64,000 nucleotides of DNA from an uncultured Planctomycetota bacterium (GTDB lineage Bacteria; Planctomycetota; Planctomycetia; Isosphaerales; Isosphaeraceae), in assembly GCA_963823665.1 (NCBI GenBank), contig CAWGMQ010000004.1, positions 1,088,001 to 1,152,000 of the forward strand. Direction: 5' to 3'. The translations under genes and the position numbers were made by a program. The number at the start of each line of letters is the position of its first letter. Positions within the stretch are counted from its first letter, which is position 1. The notes under the pieces are model-generated. The model made no database searches. It was not told the DNA's origin and saw only the letters and a list, made by a program, of their open reading frames with translations. Positions 1 to 8,391 of the stretch are shown here, piece after piece.

Positions 1-137
1 TGCACGGGTCTCTCCTTTTCTAGAGCCGACGTGTCGTGCGGGTTACAGTATAATGGCGGTCCGGCATCGCGACCAATCATGCGGACGCCCCTCAAACGCA
101 GGCCTGTGCGCCGGCAACACCGAGAGACGAGGCAGCC

Positions 138-536
138 ATGTCGATGACGTTGACAATCCGCGACGAGGAAATGAACGGAGAGACGCTGAACGAATTCGCT
201 CTCGACTTTCTCACCGAGCGGATCACGGTCCGTGAGCTGATTCGCAGCCGCGTGTACCAGGAAGTGAAGGATCACAATACCAAGCAGAATCAGACCAACT
301 TTAGGGGCCTGGTTCAGCCTACGGACGCGGAACGAACGCTCAACGGATATCAACTGAAGAAGCCGCGGCAGATCAACTGGAAAGAGCAGTTCGAGAAGGC
401 CGTTGAGGCGTTCGAGAAGAGCCAGATCCTCATTCTGGTCAACGGGCGGCAGCTTGATTCATTCGGGGACGAGATCGAAGTGGGGCCGGGGACGACGGTG
501 ACATTTCTGCGGTTGACTTTGCTTGTGGGGGGGTGA
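138..536 (+). CDS. Hypothetical protein with ubiquitin/ThiS-MoaD-like C-terminal GG (putative beta-grasp fold)
   Basis: 132-aa ORF with GAGG RBS and upstream TATAAT (49-54). Ends ILVNGRQL...VTFLRLTLLVGG, resembling the VNG...V-x-GG pattern of ThiS/MoaD-like proteins. Confidence 0.6.
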   Translation: MSMTLTIRDEEMNGETLNEFALDFLTERITVRELIRSRVYQEVKDHNTKQNQTNFRGLVQPTDAERTLNGYQLKKPRQINWKEQFEKAVEAFEKSQILILVNGRQLDSFGDEIEVGPGTTVTFLRLTLLVGG

Positions 537-639
537 GGAGCGAACGCGGTGATGACCCGGCGGATTTTTGTGGTCGCGGAGACGTTCACCGCCGGCAGAC
601 TGTGAAGAGCGCATTCCGGAAGAACGAGGTCCGCATCCC

Positions 640-768
640 ATGTTGAAGATCCGGTCTATGATGATCGTGGTGGCCATCACCGCGATCTGGGTTTACATCA
701 TTGCCGAGGGTGTCAAGTACCGGACTCGCCACGTCGGCACCAACAGCGGCTGGGACAGCCCTGAATGA
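640..768 (+). CDS. Small single-TM peptide (42 aa), copy 1
   Basis: MLKIRSMMIVVAITAIWVYII...GWDSPE. A paralog at 2434-2568 conserves the frame, supporting coding status. Confidence 0.5.
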   Translation: MLKIRSMMIVVAITAIWVYIIAEGVKYRTRHVGTNSGWDSPE

Positions 769-779
769 GGCGGCGATCG

Positions 780-1070
780 ATGAACTGCAAAGATCTGTTC
801 GCACTCGGAGTCCGGCTTTTCGGAGTGTGGCTCATCATGAACGGCATTTTTTATGTCGCAGGCTTCATCGACGGCAAGCTGTACCCTGCTTCCGATAGAG
901 CCCGCGACAGTGCCGCCGCCAACCTGATCTACGCGTCACTCGATTTCGCTGTCGCCGCCTTTTTCCTGCTCTGGACCCATGTGATTGTCGGGTGGACATA
1001 CGGTGCGGAGCCAGAGACCGCCGATGAGGAGCCGGAGGCTCGCGTCGGGGAAGGCACTCCTGAAGGCTAG
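780..1070 (+). CDS. Small membrane protein (96 aa), copy 1
   Basis: Two hydrophobic segments and an acidic tail; near-identical paralog at 2579-2869. Confidence 0.7.
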   Translation: MNCKDLFALGVRLFGVWLIMNGIFYVAGFIDGKLYPASDRARDSAAANLIYASLDFAVAAFFLLWTHVIVGWTYGAEPETADEEPEARVGEGTPEG

Positions 1071-1087
1071 CCGTCGCGAATTGCTGG

Positions 1088-1618
1088 ATGAGAAACGGCG
1101 CTGGGGGTCGCTCCGTGGCTTACTCGGTTCCTCGCATCGCCTGTCGCCTTGCCAGCGCAATCCTGCTCTTTCCCCCTGTCCGCATCTCGCTGGGCTTGGC
1201 CTTCGCCGCCCTGCTTTACATCGGCGGGTCGCAGATGGCCGAGAAGCTCACCGCGATTGGATATGCATTCATCGTGCAAGGCGTACTCTGCCTGGTCAGC
1301 GCGCTCGCCAGCATCGTTGTCAGAACGATTCCCAAGGCACTCTGCATGGTTGTCGGCCTCGGGAGCGAAGTGATGCTCCTGGCTGCGTGCGGCCGAAGCC
1401 AGGATGAGGAGCTGAGATGGTTGTCCGCAGCGGTCGATTCCCGCGTGGCGGTCTGGCTAGTTTACTACTTCGTCGCGATTCTGATCTGTACTTTCAATCT
1501 CCACGCGCATCGAACAATGAAGCCAAAAGAGCTCGCTGCGTTTGTGGGTGTCCTGCTCGCCCTGTTGTCGCTGAGCCCGATCTCGCTGGCGTGGAGAATT
1601 GCGACGAAGCTAGGTTGA
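1088..1618 (+). CDS. Hypothetical multi-pass membrane protein
   Basis: 176-aa ORF with several hydrophobic stretches; start uncertain. Confidence 0.45.
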   Translation: MRNGAGGRSVAYSVPRIACRLASAILLFPPVRISLGLAFAALLYIGGSQMAEKLTAIGYAFIVQGVLCLVSALASIVVRTIPKALCMVVGLGSEVMLLAACGRSQDEELRWLSAAVDSRVAVWLVYYFVAILICTFNLHAHRTMKPKELAAFVGVLLALLSLSPISLAWRIATKLG

Positions 1619-1629
1619 CCTCTCCCCGC

Positions 1630-2376
1630 CTACGCTGTTTCTGGTGCTGCTTCAGGTCGTTCTAGCGGGGTCTTCAGTATCGCCGGGAAAACGCTCCAGG
1701 CGGTCTGGTACGTTGCTTCCAGCGGACATTTCACATAATAGTCGGGCGTCAGAAAGATGGGTCGGTCCGGCAGAATGTCACCAACGGCCACCGGCTCGAT
1801 GTACGCGACGATCTCCGATCCCGACGCGTATGACGCCAGCGTGAGCGGCTTGTCCGGCGGAAGCTCGAAGGGCAGGTCGCACAGGCGGTCCCAGATCACC
1901 TTGTGAATTCCCTGAGGGTTCCGGCGATTGGGTGGGAACAAGTCCACGATCAGCAGATGGATTCCGGCCTGGAGAAACTCGACCGCCTTTCGTGCGAAGG
2001 CCCGAATGGCATGCCGGCTATCCTTGTTGCCTGGTGAGACAATCTCGATCACGGCAACCACGTCACCATCGGAATGGCGAATCGAGATCCGATCGGCCTT
2101 TCGGGCGTAATTGATCGCATCTGAACGGACGACGAAACGCGCCTCGGGTGGAGCGACGGCAACTGATGCTGCCGGCAACGATGGATTTCCTGGCGACGGG
2201 TTTAGTTCCAGGGCCACGACGTCGGCTTCCGGTCCGCCTGTGATCTGCTCGGCAAGGGCGAAAAACCCGGGGGGCAGACACCCGGAGTTCAATGCCGCAG
2301 CCAGGTTGGCCGTCCAAGTCTGATGAAAATGATGAAATATGTTGGCGCGAACGCGGGTCCAGTCGTGAATCGGCAT
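1630..2376 (-). CDS. DUF4058 family protein (restriction-endonuclease-like)
   Basis: MPIHDWTRV..FHHFHQTW, VAVIEIVSPGNK, HLLIVDLFPP and PLEATY motifs typical of Planctomycete DUF4058. Confidence 0.85.
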   Translation of the reverse strand: MPIHDWTRVRANIFHHFHQTWTANLAAALNSGCLPPGFFALAEQITGGPEADVVALELNPSPGNPSLPAASVAVAPPEARFVVRSDAINYARKADRISIRHSDGDVVAVIEIVSPGNKDSRHAIRAFARKAVEFLQAGIHLLIVDLFPPNRRNPQGIHKVIWDRLCDLPFELPPDKPLTLASYASGSEIVAYIEPVAVGDILPDRPIFLTPDYYVKCPLEATYQTAWSVFPAILKTPLERPEAAPETA

Positions 2377-2433
2377 GACGGTACCACCTGCATTATATTG
2401 TAACGGGGCGAACATCCAATGTGGCGAACTCCG

Positions 2434-2568
2434 ATGCGATTCACGATCCGGGCACTCATGATTGCGGTCGCCGCCGCGGCGATCTGGCTTTATATCATCA
2501 GACAGTCGGCGAGGTATCAGGCTCGACACGTGGTCAGCAACGGCGGCGATTGGGGAAGCACGAAATGA
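2434..2568 (+). CDS. Small single-TM peptide (44 aa), copy 2
   Basis: Own translation: MRFTIRALMIAVAAAAIWLYIIRQSARYQARHVVSNGGDWGSTK; paralog of 640-768. Confidence 0.5.
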   Translation: MRFTIRALMIAVAAAAIWLYIIRQSARYQARHVVSNGGDWGSTK

Positions 2569-2578
2569 GGCGTTTTCG

Positions 2579-2869
2579 ATGAACTATAAAGAATTGTTCG
2601 CACTTGGGGTCCGCCTCTTCGGGGTCTGGCTCATGACAACAGGTGTTATGTACGTCGCAGCGTTTGTCGACGGCAAGTTATACCCGATCTCTGACAGAGC
2701 GCGGGACAGCGCCGCGGCCAACTTGATCTACGCGACGTTCGATCTCGCTCTGGCCGCATTTTTCCTGCTCTGGACGCAAGTGATCGTCGGGTGGACTTAC
2801 GGCGTGGCGCCAAAGCCCGCCGAAGACGAGGAACAAACTGTCATCGAGGAAGGCCCTCCTGAACTCTAG
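2579..2869 (+). CDS. Small membrane protein (96 aa), copy 2
   Basis: MNYKELFALGVRLFGVWLM...DGKLYP.SDRARDSAAANLIYA, paralog of 780-1070. Confidence 0.7.
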   Translation: MNYKELFALGVRLFGVWLMTTGVMYVAAFVDGKLYPISDRARDSAAANLIYATFDLALAAFFLLWTQVIVGWTYGVAPKPAEDEEQTVIEEGPPEL

Positions 2870-2931
2870 TCGTCCGCGAATTTCTCTCGGCCACCAAACG
2901 GCCGTGGGACGCCCTTCACAGCGGAGGCGCG

Positions 2932-3321
2932 ATGGGAGAGAATGGGGGCTTGCGGTTTGTTCCCAGCCGCGTCACGGGGTTACCCGATGTGACTGAGGTG
3001 GGTGTCCACGCTGACCGGCTTGACGTGCGGACGGCCGGAGAGTGGATCGTCTATCGCTTTGCGGAGATGGTCGAGTGGCCGCGCCCCGCCTTCATCTGGC
3101 GGTTCCTCGCACGCTTCGGCTGGCGGCGGCGGTGGCTGCCGGTGGGCGAGAAGGATTGGTTTCATCCTCCATCGAAGCGATTCATGCGCTTCTACACGCG
3201 GCCGCGCCTGGTGATCTACATGCCTGACGAGCCTGAAGAGACAAACTTCGGGGATACGCTTTTCCGGCGCATTCAGGACGTTATGCTTGAGGGCGGCTAC
3301 AGTCTGTGGGACCTGGGATAG
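2932..3321 (+). CDS. Hypothetical protein
   Basis: 129-aa ORF with strong GGAGG RBS and protein-like composition. Confidence 0.65.
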   Translation: MGENGGLRFVPSRVTGLPDVTEVGVHADRLDVRTAGEWIVYRFAEMVEWPRPAFIWRFLARFGWRRRWLPVGEKDWFHPPSKRFMRFYTRPRLVIYMPDEPEETNFGDTLFRRIQDVMLEGGYSLWDLG

Positions 3322-3493
3322 ACCGATCGGTGCTCCATCGCGCGCTCAGATTCGCGGAGCAAAAGGCGACGCTCTAGAGGGCCGACGTGCTTCACGACGG
3401 TGTCGTCGGGACGCTGGCGTAGTCAGTGCCGCCCGAGCCCAGTCCCGTAAACGAGCAACCCTAATTTAGAATGAAAGAGCAAGGCGAGACGCG

Positions 3494-5058
3494 ATGATTC
3501 GATTGCTGCAATCCTGGTTCGGCGCGCGTATCGCGGTCATCCTGCTGGCCGTGGTAGTTTTCCTGGTCGCCCTCGTGTTGACTTTTCTTTTGCATCGCCT
3601 TTATTTCGTGATCCTGCCGCAGTGGGCGGTCAAGAGATTCAAGCGGCCTGATCCCGAGCGGCTGAGGCGCTACCTCGAGCTCGTCGCTGCAACTCCCTCG
3701 CTTGCCGGCCCCGTGGAGAAGCTCTTTGTACGGGGCGCACTGGTGGGAATCTACTTGCCACAGGGGCGGCACGCCGAGGCCGCGGCGCACTGTCGCGCGA
3801 ACCTGGCGAGCCTGGAGTGGGCAAGAGGCCGGCACAAGTTGGACTTCGCGGCGCTCGAAGCCGACGCCCGCCGCCGGCTAGCCGATTGCCTCGACGGGCT
3901 GGGCCAGACGCAGGAGGCCGAGGAAGAACGCCGGCTCGCCGAGGCCTGCGTCGAGCGGGCTCCTGGCGACGCCGTTCGCCATTTGACGCAAGGCACGCTC
4001 CTGGAGCGCCAGCACCGATATGCCGAGGCCTGCACCGCGTTCGAGCAGGCGCTGTCCTATACGTCCGAATCAGACCGCCAGGTGCGGATCGAGTGCATGA
4101 GCCACCTGGTCATCGCCTGCTTCAATGCCGGGCGGCCCGTCGAATGTCTCCGGTGGGCCGAACAGGTGATTGCTCTGGGTGCCGACGGAATACACCTGCG
4201 CGCGCCCACCGGATGGCGAGCGTGGCCTGCGGAAACCTGGGTCGTCTCGACGAATCGGAGGAGCATTGCCGTCGGGCTTACGATGTCGCTGTCGCCCTTG
4301 GAGATGCGGGCGTGGTGGGCGAGATTCTCGGCAGCCTCGCGGGCATCCAGCGCAAGCGAGGGAAGCTCGCAGAGGCCTACGAGGCGTGCGAGAAAGCTGC
4401 TGCCATGGATCCCAAAGCCGTGCGAATGGCCCTTGCGGAACAGTCACAAATCTTGAGGGAATGGGGACGGTACGACGAAGCGCTTGAGCTGATGCGTCGA
4501 TACGCCGAAACGCCGAAGCTTGTGATCCCGGCTCACGAGCGCCGGATCCGCGCTGTCGTCGCTCTGGATACGGCGCGCATCGAGGCGGAATGCGGACGGG
4601 CAGACGACGCGTGGGCCCATATCCAGGAGGCCAAGGCCGTGCTGGCGAATGATGCCAAGCTGGGCCTCAAGTGCGACGGCGCGCTGGCGTGGATCCTCGC
4701 GGTGCGCGGGCTCGCCGACGAGTCGCGACGCGTCGCCGGTGAGGTGGAATCTCGCCTCGTCGATTTCGAGCAAGACCCGAGCACGCGCCGCGGAGTCATG
4801 TACGACCTGGGCTTTGCCGCCTCCACGCGCGGCGACCACGAGAACGCTGAGAAATGCTGGAGCAGCTATCTGGAGCTGAGCCCGGACCCGGTCCATCAGC
4901 CGACGGCGCTGTACTTTCGGGGCGAGTGCCGGCGGGGGCGCGGCGATACATCGGGTGGATTAGCCGACTTTCGCGAGGCGGTGGCGATGAATATCGACTC
5001 GTGTCACGCGCGGCTTGCGCGGCGCGGGCTTGACGAAACGATTGCGGGGCCTGGGTGA
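3494..5058 (+). CDS. Membrane-anchored tetratricopeptide-repeat protein (frameshift near 4200)
   Basis: N-terminal TM followed by TPR-like helices, continuing from ORF 3494..4456 into ORF 3817..5058. Confidence 0.7.
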
Positions 5059-5070
5059 CGTTTCCCCAGG

Positions 5071-5445
5071 CTACGCCGTCTTGGGCGCTGAATCAGGTCG
5101 TTCGAGCGGTGCCTTGAGTATCGCGGGGAAAACGTTCCAGGTTGCCTGGTAGGTTGCTTCGAGCGGGCAGTTCACATAGTAGTCTGGCGTCAGAAAAATG
5201 GGTCTGTCCGGCAGAACGTCGCCAACGGCCACCGGCTCGATGTATGCGACGATCTCGGGTCCCGACGCGTACGCCGCCAGCGTCAGCGGCTTGTCCGGCG
5301 GAAGCTCGAAGGGCTCGTCGCGCAGGCGGTCCCAGATCACCTTGTGGATTCCTTGGGGGTTCCGGCGATTGGGCGGGAACAGGTCCACGATCAGCAGATG
5401 GTGAAACCTGTTGGCGCGAACGCGAGTCCAGTCGTGAATGGCCAC
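5071..5445 (-). pseudogene. DUF4058 paralog with in-frame internal deletion of about 124 codons
   Basis: VAIHDWTRVRANRFHH is joined directly to LLIVDLFPPNRRNPQGIHK; the rest is near-identical to 1630-2376. Confidence 0.75.
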
Positions 5446-5464
5446 GGCAGTTTCTCCGCTCTGA

Positions 5465-5608
5465 GGAACAGGTCGGAAACAACTTCCGGCGATTTCAGTC
5501 AAGCGCGCCGGACAGCGGGACACCGTTCCGACGCTGAGCGCCCTAACGAGGGCTTTCCTTCGTGGTAGGGTTGATACCGAAATCGGGTAGTTAATGCCGG
5601 CCTGTTGT
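5465..5608. mobile_element. Degenerate MITE-like element (copy of 36549-36771)
   Basis: Starts GGAACAGGTCGGAAACAACTTCC and shares internal sequence and right end with the 36.5 kb element. Confidence 0.65.
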
Positions 5609-5802
5609 CTAGTGTAAGCGTACGATGTTCGCTCGTCCATGCAACCGAGCAGGGGAGTGCTTCGGTGAAGATTCATTAATCTCTTGTGGTCGTGTCGCGA
5701 ATCCGAAACGATTCACGTTTTTCTTGCTAGCAAGACGCAACCGGATGTCGTCTCCATCGCTCGCGCCTGCACGCATTGTGCACAACCAGGTGAATCATCA
5801 GG

Positions 5803-6693
5803 ATGGTGGTCCATCGTCCGGACTTTATTGTCGTTGGCGCCATGAAATGCGCAACGACCACGCTGCATGAGCAACTTGCGCGCCAGCCGGACGTGTTCAT
5901 GAGCCGGCCCAAGGAGCCGAATTTCTTTAGCGACGACGCAAATTATGCTCGCGGCTGGGATTGGTACTCATCGCTCTTCAGCGGCGCGCACCCGGCAACC
6001 GTGCGGGGCGAGTCGAGCACGCATTACAGCAAGCTTCCAACTTTTCCTCGAACCGTTGAGCGCATGGTGCGAGACTTGCCGCGCATTCGGTTGATTTACG
6101 TGATGCGCCACCCGATCGACCGGTTGGTTTCGCATTACGTTCATGACGTGACGGCCGGTGGAATTCGCTCGAGCCTGGTCGAGGCCGTCGAAGAACATCC
6201 CGAGCTGATCGAGTACAGCCGATATGCCATGCAGCTCGAGCCGTTCCTGGCTGCTTTTGGATTTGAAAGTGTGCTGCCCGTTTTCTTCCCCAGGTTGGTA
6301 ACCCAATCACAGCACGAGCTTGAACGCATCGGCCGCTTTCTCGGTCTTCAGAGCCCGCTGGTGTGGGACTTCACTCTGAGACCCCAGAACACCCGCCGCG
6401 ACCGGCTGCGGCCGAGCCCGATTCGCCAGGCACTGGTGCAGTCGCCCGTGCTCGGGCATCTGAGACGACAGGTTCTGCCGCGGCACTGGTCTCAGCAGGC
6501 CAAGAAGTTCTGGCGAGCGCAAGTCGAGCCGCCGCAGTTGCCGGCGGATCTGTCTGCCCGCCTGCGCGAGGTCTTTGATGCCGACTTGAGTCAGCTCGGC
6601 TCCTGGCTCGGAGCTGCGCTCGACTGCGAGAACTTCGACGCCGCGATGGGGAAGCAGCCGCACGACTGGGCCGTCCGCGATGCGAAGTCCTGA
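5803..6693 (+). CDS. Sulfotransferase family protein
   Basis: PDFIVVGAMKCATTTL PAPS-binding loop, KEPNFF, GESSTHY and RHPIDRLVSHY motifs. Confidence 0.88.
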   Translation: MVVHRPDFIVVGAMKCATTTLHEQLARQPDVFMSRPKEPNFFSDDANYARGWDWYSSLFSGAHPATVRGESSTHYSKLPTFPRTVERMVRDLPRIRLIYVMRHPIDRLVSHYVHDVTAGGIRSSLVEAVEEHPELIEYSRYAMQLEPFLAAFGFESVLPVFFPRLVTQSQHELERIGRFLGLQSPLVWDFTLRPQNTRRDRLRPSPIRQALVQSPVLGHLRRQVLPRHWSQQAKKFWRAQVEPPQLPADLSARLREVFDADLSQLGSWLGAALDCENFDAAMGKQPHDWAVRDAKS

Positions 6694-6697
6694 CGGC

Positions 6698-7459
6698 TTA
6701 ATCTGCTCGCTCCGACGAGGTCTGCCGCAACAAGAAGACGCTCACGAGCTCGGGCCGAATGAGCTTCTCCCCGGCGGCGAAACCCTTGCGGATCCGCGCT
6801 GCAACTCTTTTGTTGAGCGCGGGATCTTCGGTCGGCGAAGTGGAAATGGCGCGCTGCCGCTTCGGGTCAAACTCGTCTGTTTCGAGCGAGAATGGCTCGA
6901 CTCCCTGACGATAGAGGATGTCTTCGATCGCGGTCTGAATGGATTCGAGCAGACTGCGGAACGACGCTGTGCCGGGATTTTCGGAATCGGCGGAGGCCCG
7001 GGCGGCCGCCATTTTACCGACGTCGTCGTGGAGCTGAATCAGATCGATGAAGATGGGCCGCTGAACCTTGAGCAACAGGTCTTGCTTGTAGTCCTGGAGC
7101 TCGGCGTGTAGGCGGTCGACGATGCGCTCGCGGCTCGCTTCGCCTCGGAGCTCGCGCTCGAACGTGGATTTCAGTGCGTCGATACGCCCGCCGAGGTCGT
7201 CGCCCAGTGACCTGAAGGCGTCGAGCAAGGATGGTCCGGCCGGCGACCTGGCTGGCGCCGGGGCCGGCGGCGGGGGAATCGATCGCCGCTCTGCCGATTC
7301 CGGTTCCGGCGTGCCGTCTACCTCGGCTTCTGCCAAGCCTTCGAGCACGTCCAGCCCCAGGGCACCCTCGAGGACGAGGAATGCACCATCGGAAGGGGGG
7401 TGCTCGTTTTGACTGGCGGTCTGGGCGGCGTCGGTTGCGGCTCGATTGCTTTCGGGCAT
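6698..7459 (-). CDS. grpE: GrpE-family nucleotide exchange factor-like protein
   Basis: Coiled coil followed by GVEPF...EFDPKRQRAI...RKGF..GEKLIRPELVSV, the GrpE C-terminal signature. Confidence 0.7.
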   Translation of the reverse strand: MPESNRAATDAAQTASQNEHPPSDGAFLVLEGALGLDVLEGLAEAEVDGTPEPESAERRSIPPPPAPAPARSPAGPSLLDAFRSLGDDLGGRIDALKSTFERELRGEASRERIVDRLHAELQDYKQDLLLKVQRPIFIDLIQLHDDVGKMAAARASADSENPGTASFRSLLESIQTAIEDILYRQGVEPFSLETDEFDPKRQRAISTSPTEDPALNKRVAARIRKGFAAGEKLIRPELVSVFLLRQTSSERAD

Positions 7460-7601
7460 CGGTAACTCCTTGATCTTCGCGGGCCATCCCTGAGTATTCG
7501 CGCCGGGCATCCCGATGTTAAACTGTTTTGCTCCCGGGCCGCCAGAACGCGGCCCTTTTTGCCCTCCCGCCACGATGACGCCACGCCCCAGGAGACCGGC
7601 C

Positions 7602-8294
7602 ATGAGCCTTCGAACGATGTGCTATGTGATTCCCGTGCTCGTAGCGCTCTCGGCCACGAGCCACTCTGCCCCCACAGGGCAGAAGCCTTCTGATCAGACC
7701 CTCGGGGCGAAGCCGCCGGAAGGAGCCGTGACCTTGTTCAACGGCGAGTCACTCGCGGGATGGGTTGGCCGGGACGGCAAAACACCCGCCGCGTGGCCCG
7801 TGGCCGACGGCGTCATGACCGTGCGCGGCGGTGACATCATGACGACTGCGCGGTTCGGCAACTTTCAGCTCCATGTCGAATTCAATGTACCGTACATGCC
7901 CAAAGCCCGAGGTCAAGGACGCGGGAATAGCGGCGTGTACCTGGGAGGCATTCACGAGCTTCAGGTGCTCGACTCATACGGACTGAAATCCCAGGACAAC
8001 GATTGCGGCGCGATCTACAAGCAGATCGTACCGGCCGTGAACGCGTGCAAGCCGCCGCTTCAGTGGCAGACATATGATGTGACGTTTCATAAAGCCGTGG
8101 TCGAGGATGGCAAGGTCGTGAAGAAGGCGCGTTTGACCGTCATTCAGAACGGCCTGACCATCATCGACAACGCCGAGATCTCACCTACGCCCGGCGGAAT
8201 CGATTTGAAAGCGGGCGACGACGGGCCGATCCTGCTTCAAGACCATGGTAATGCTGTTGAGTATCGTAATATCTGGATCAAGCCGTTGAATTAG
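7602..8294 (+). CDS. DUF1080 (3-keto-disaccharide hydrolase) secreted protein
   Basis: Signal peptide; LFNGESLAGW, GNSGVY, ELQVLDS, WQTYDV and LQDHGNAVEYRNIWIK motifs. Confidence 0.9.
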   Translation: MSLRTMCYVIPVLVALSATSHSAPTGQKPSDQTLGAKPPEGAVTLFNGESLAGWVGRDGKTPAAWPVADGVMTVRGGDIMTTARFGNFQLHVEFNVPYMPKARGQGRGNSGVYLGGIHELQVLDSYGLKSQDNDCGAIYKQIVPAVNACKPPLQWQTYDVTFHKAVVEDGKVVKKARLTVIQNGLTIIDNAEISPTPGGIDLKAGDDGPILLQDHGNAVEYRNIWIKPLN

Positions 8295-8321
8295 TGTGGG
8301 GGACGGAATCGCCGGGGAGGG

Positions 8322-8371
8322 GACGCGGAGCGTCCAGAATGCGCGTCCCCACGCAGAGGCGTGGGGACGAG
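8322..8371. repeat. REP-like palindromes (GGACGCGGAGCGTCC and CGTCCCCACGCAGAGGCGTGGGGACG)
   Basis: Two adjacent hairpins directly visible downstream of the DUF1080 gene. Confidence 0.6.
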
Positions 8372-8391
8372 GGAGAACATCCCTTCGCGGA

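Noticed and set aside
640..5445. Integron cassette array
   Set aside because: No attC-like sites or integrase were recognised; the repeated parts are coding genes.
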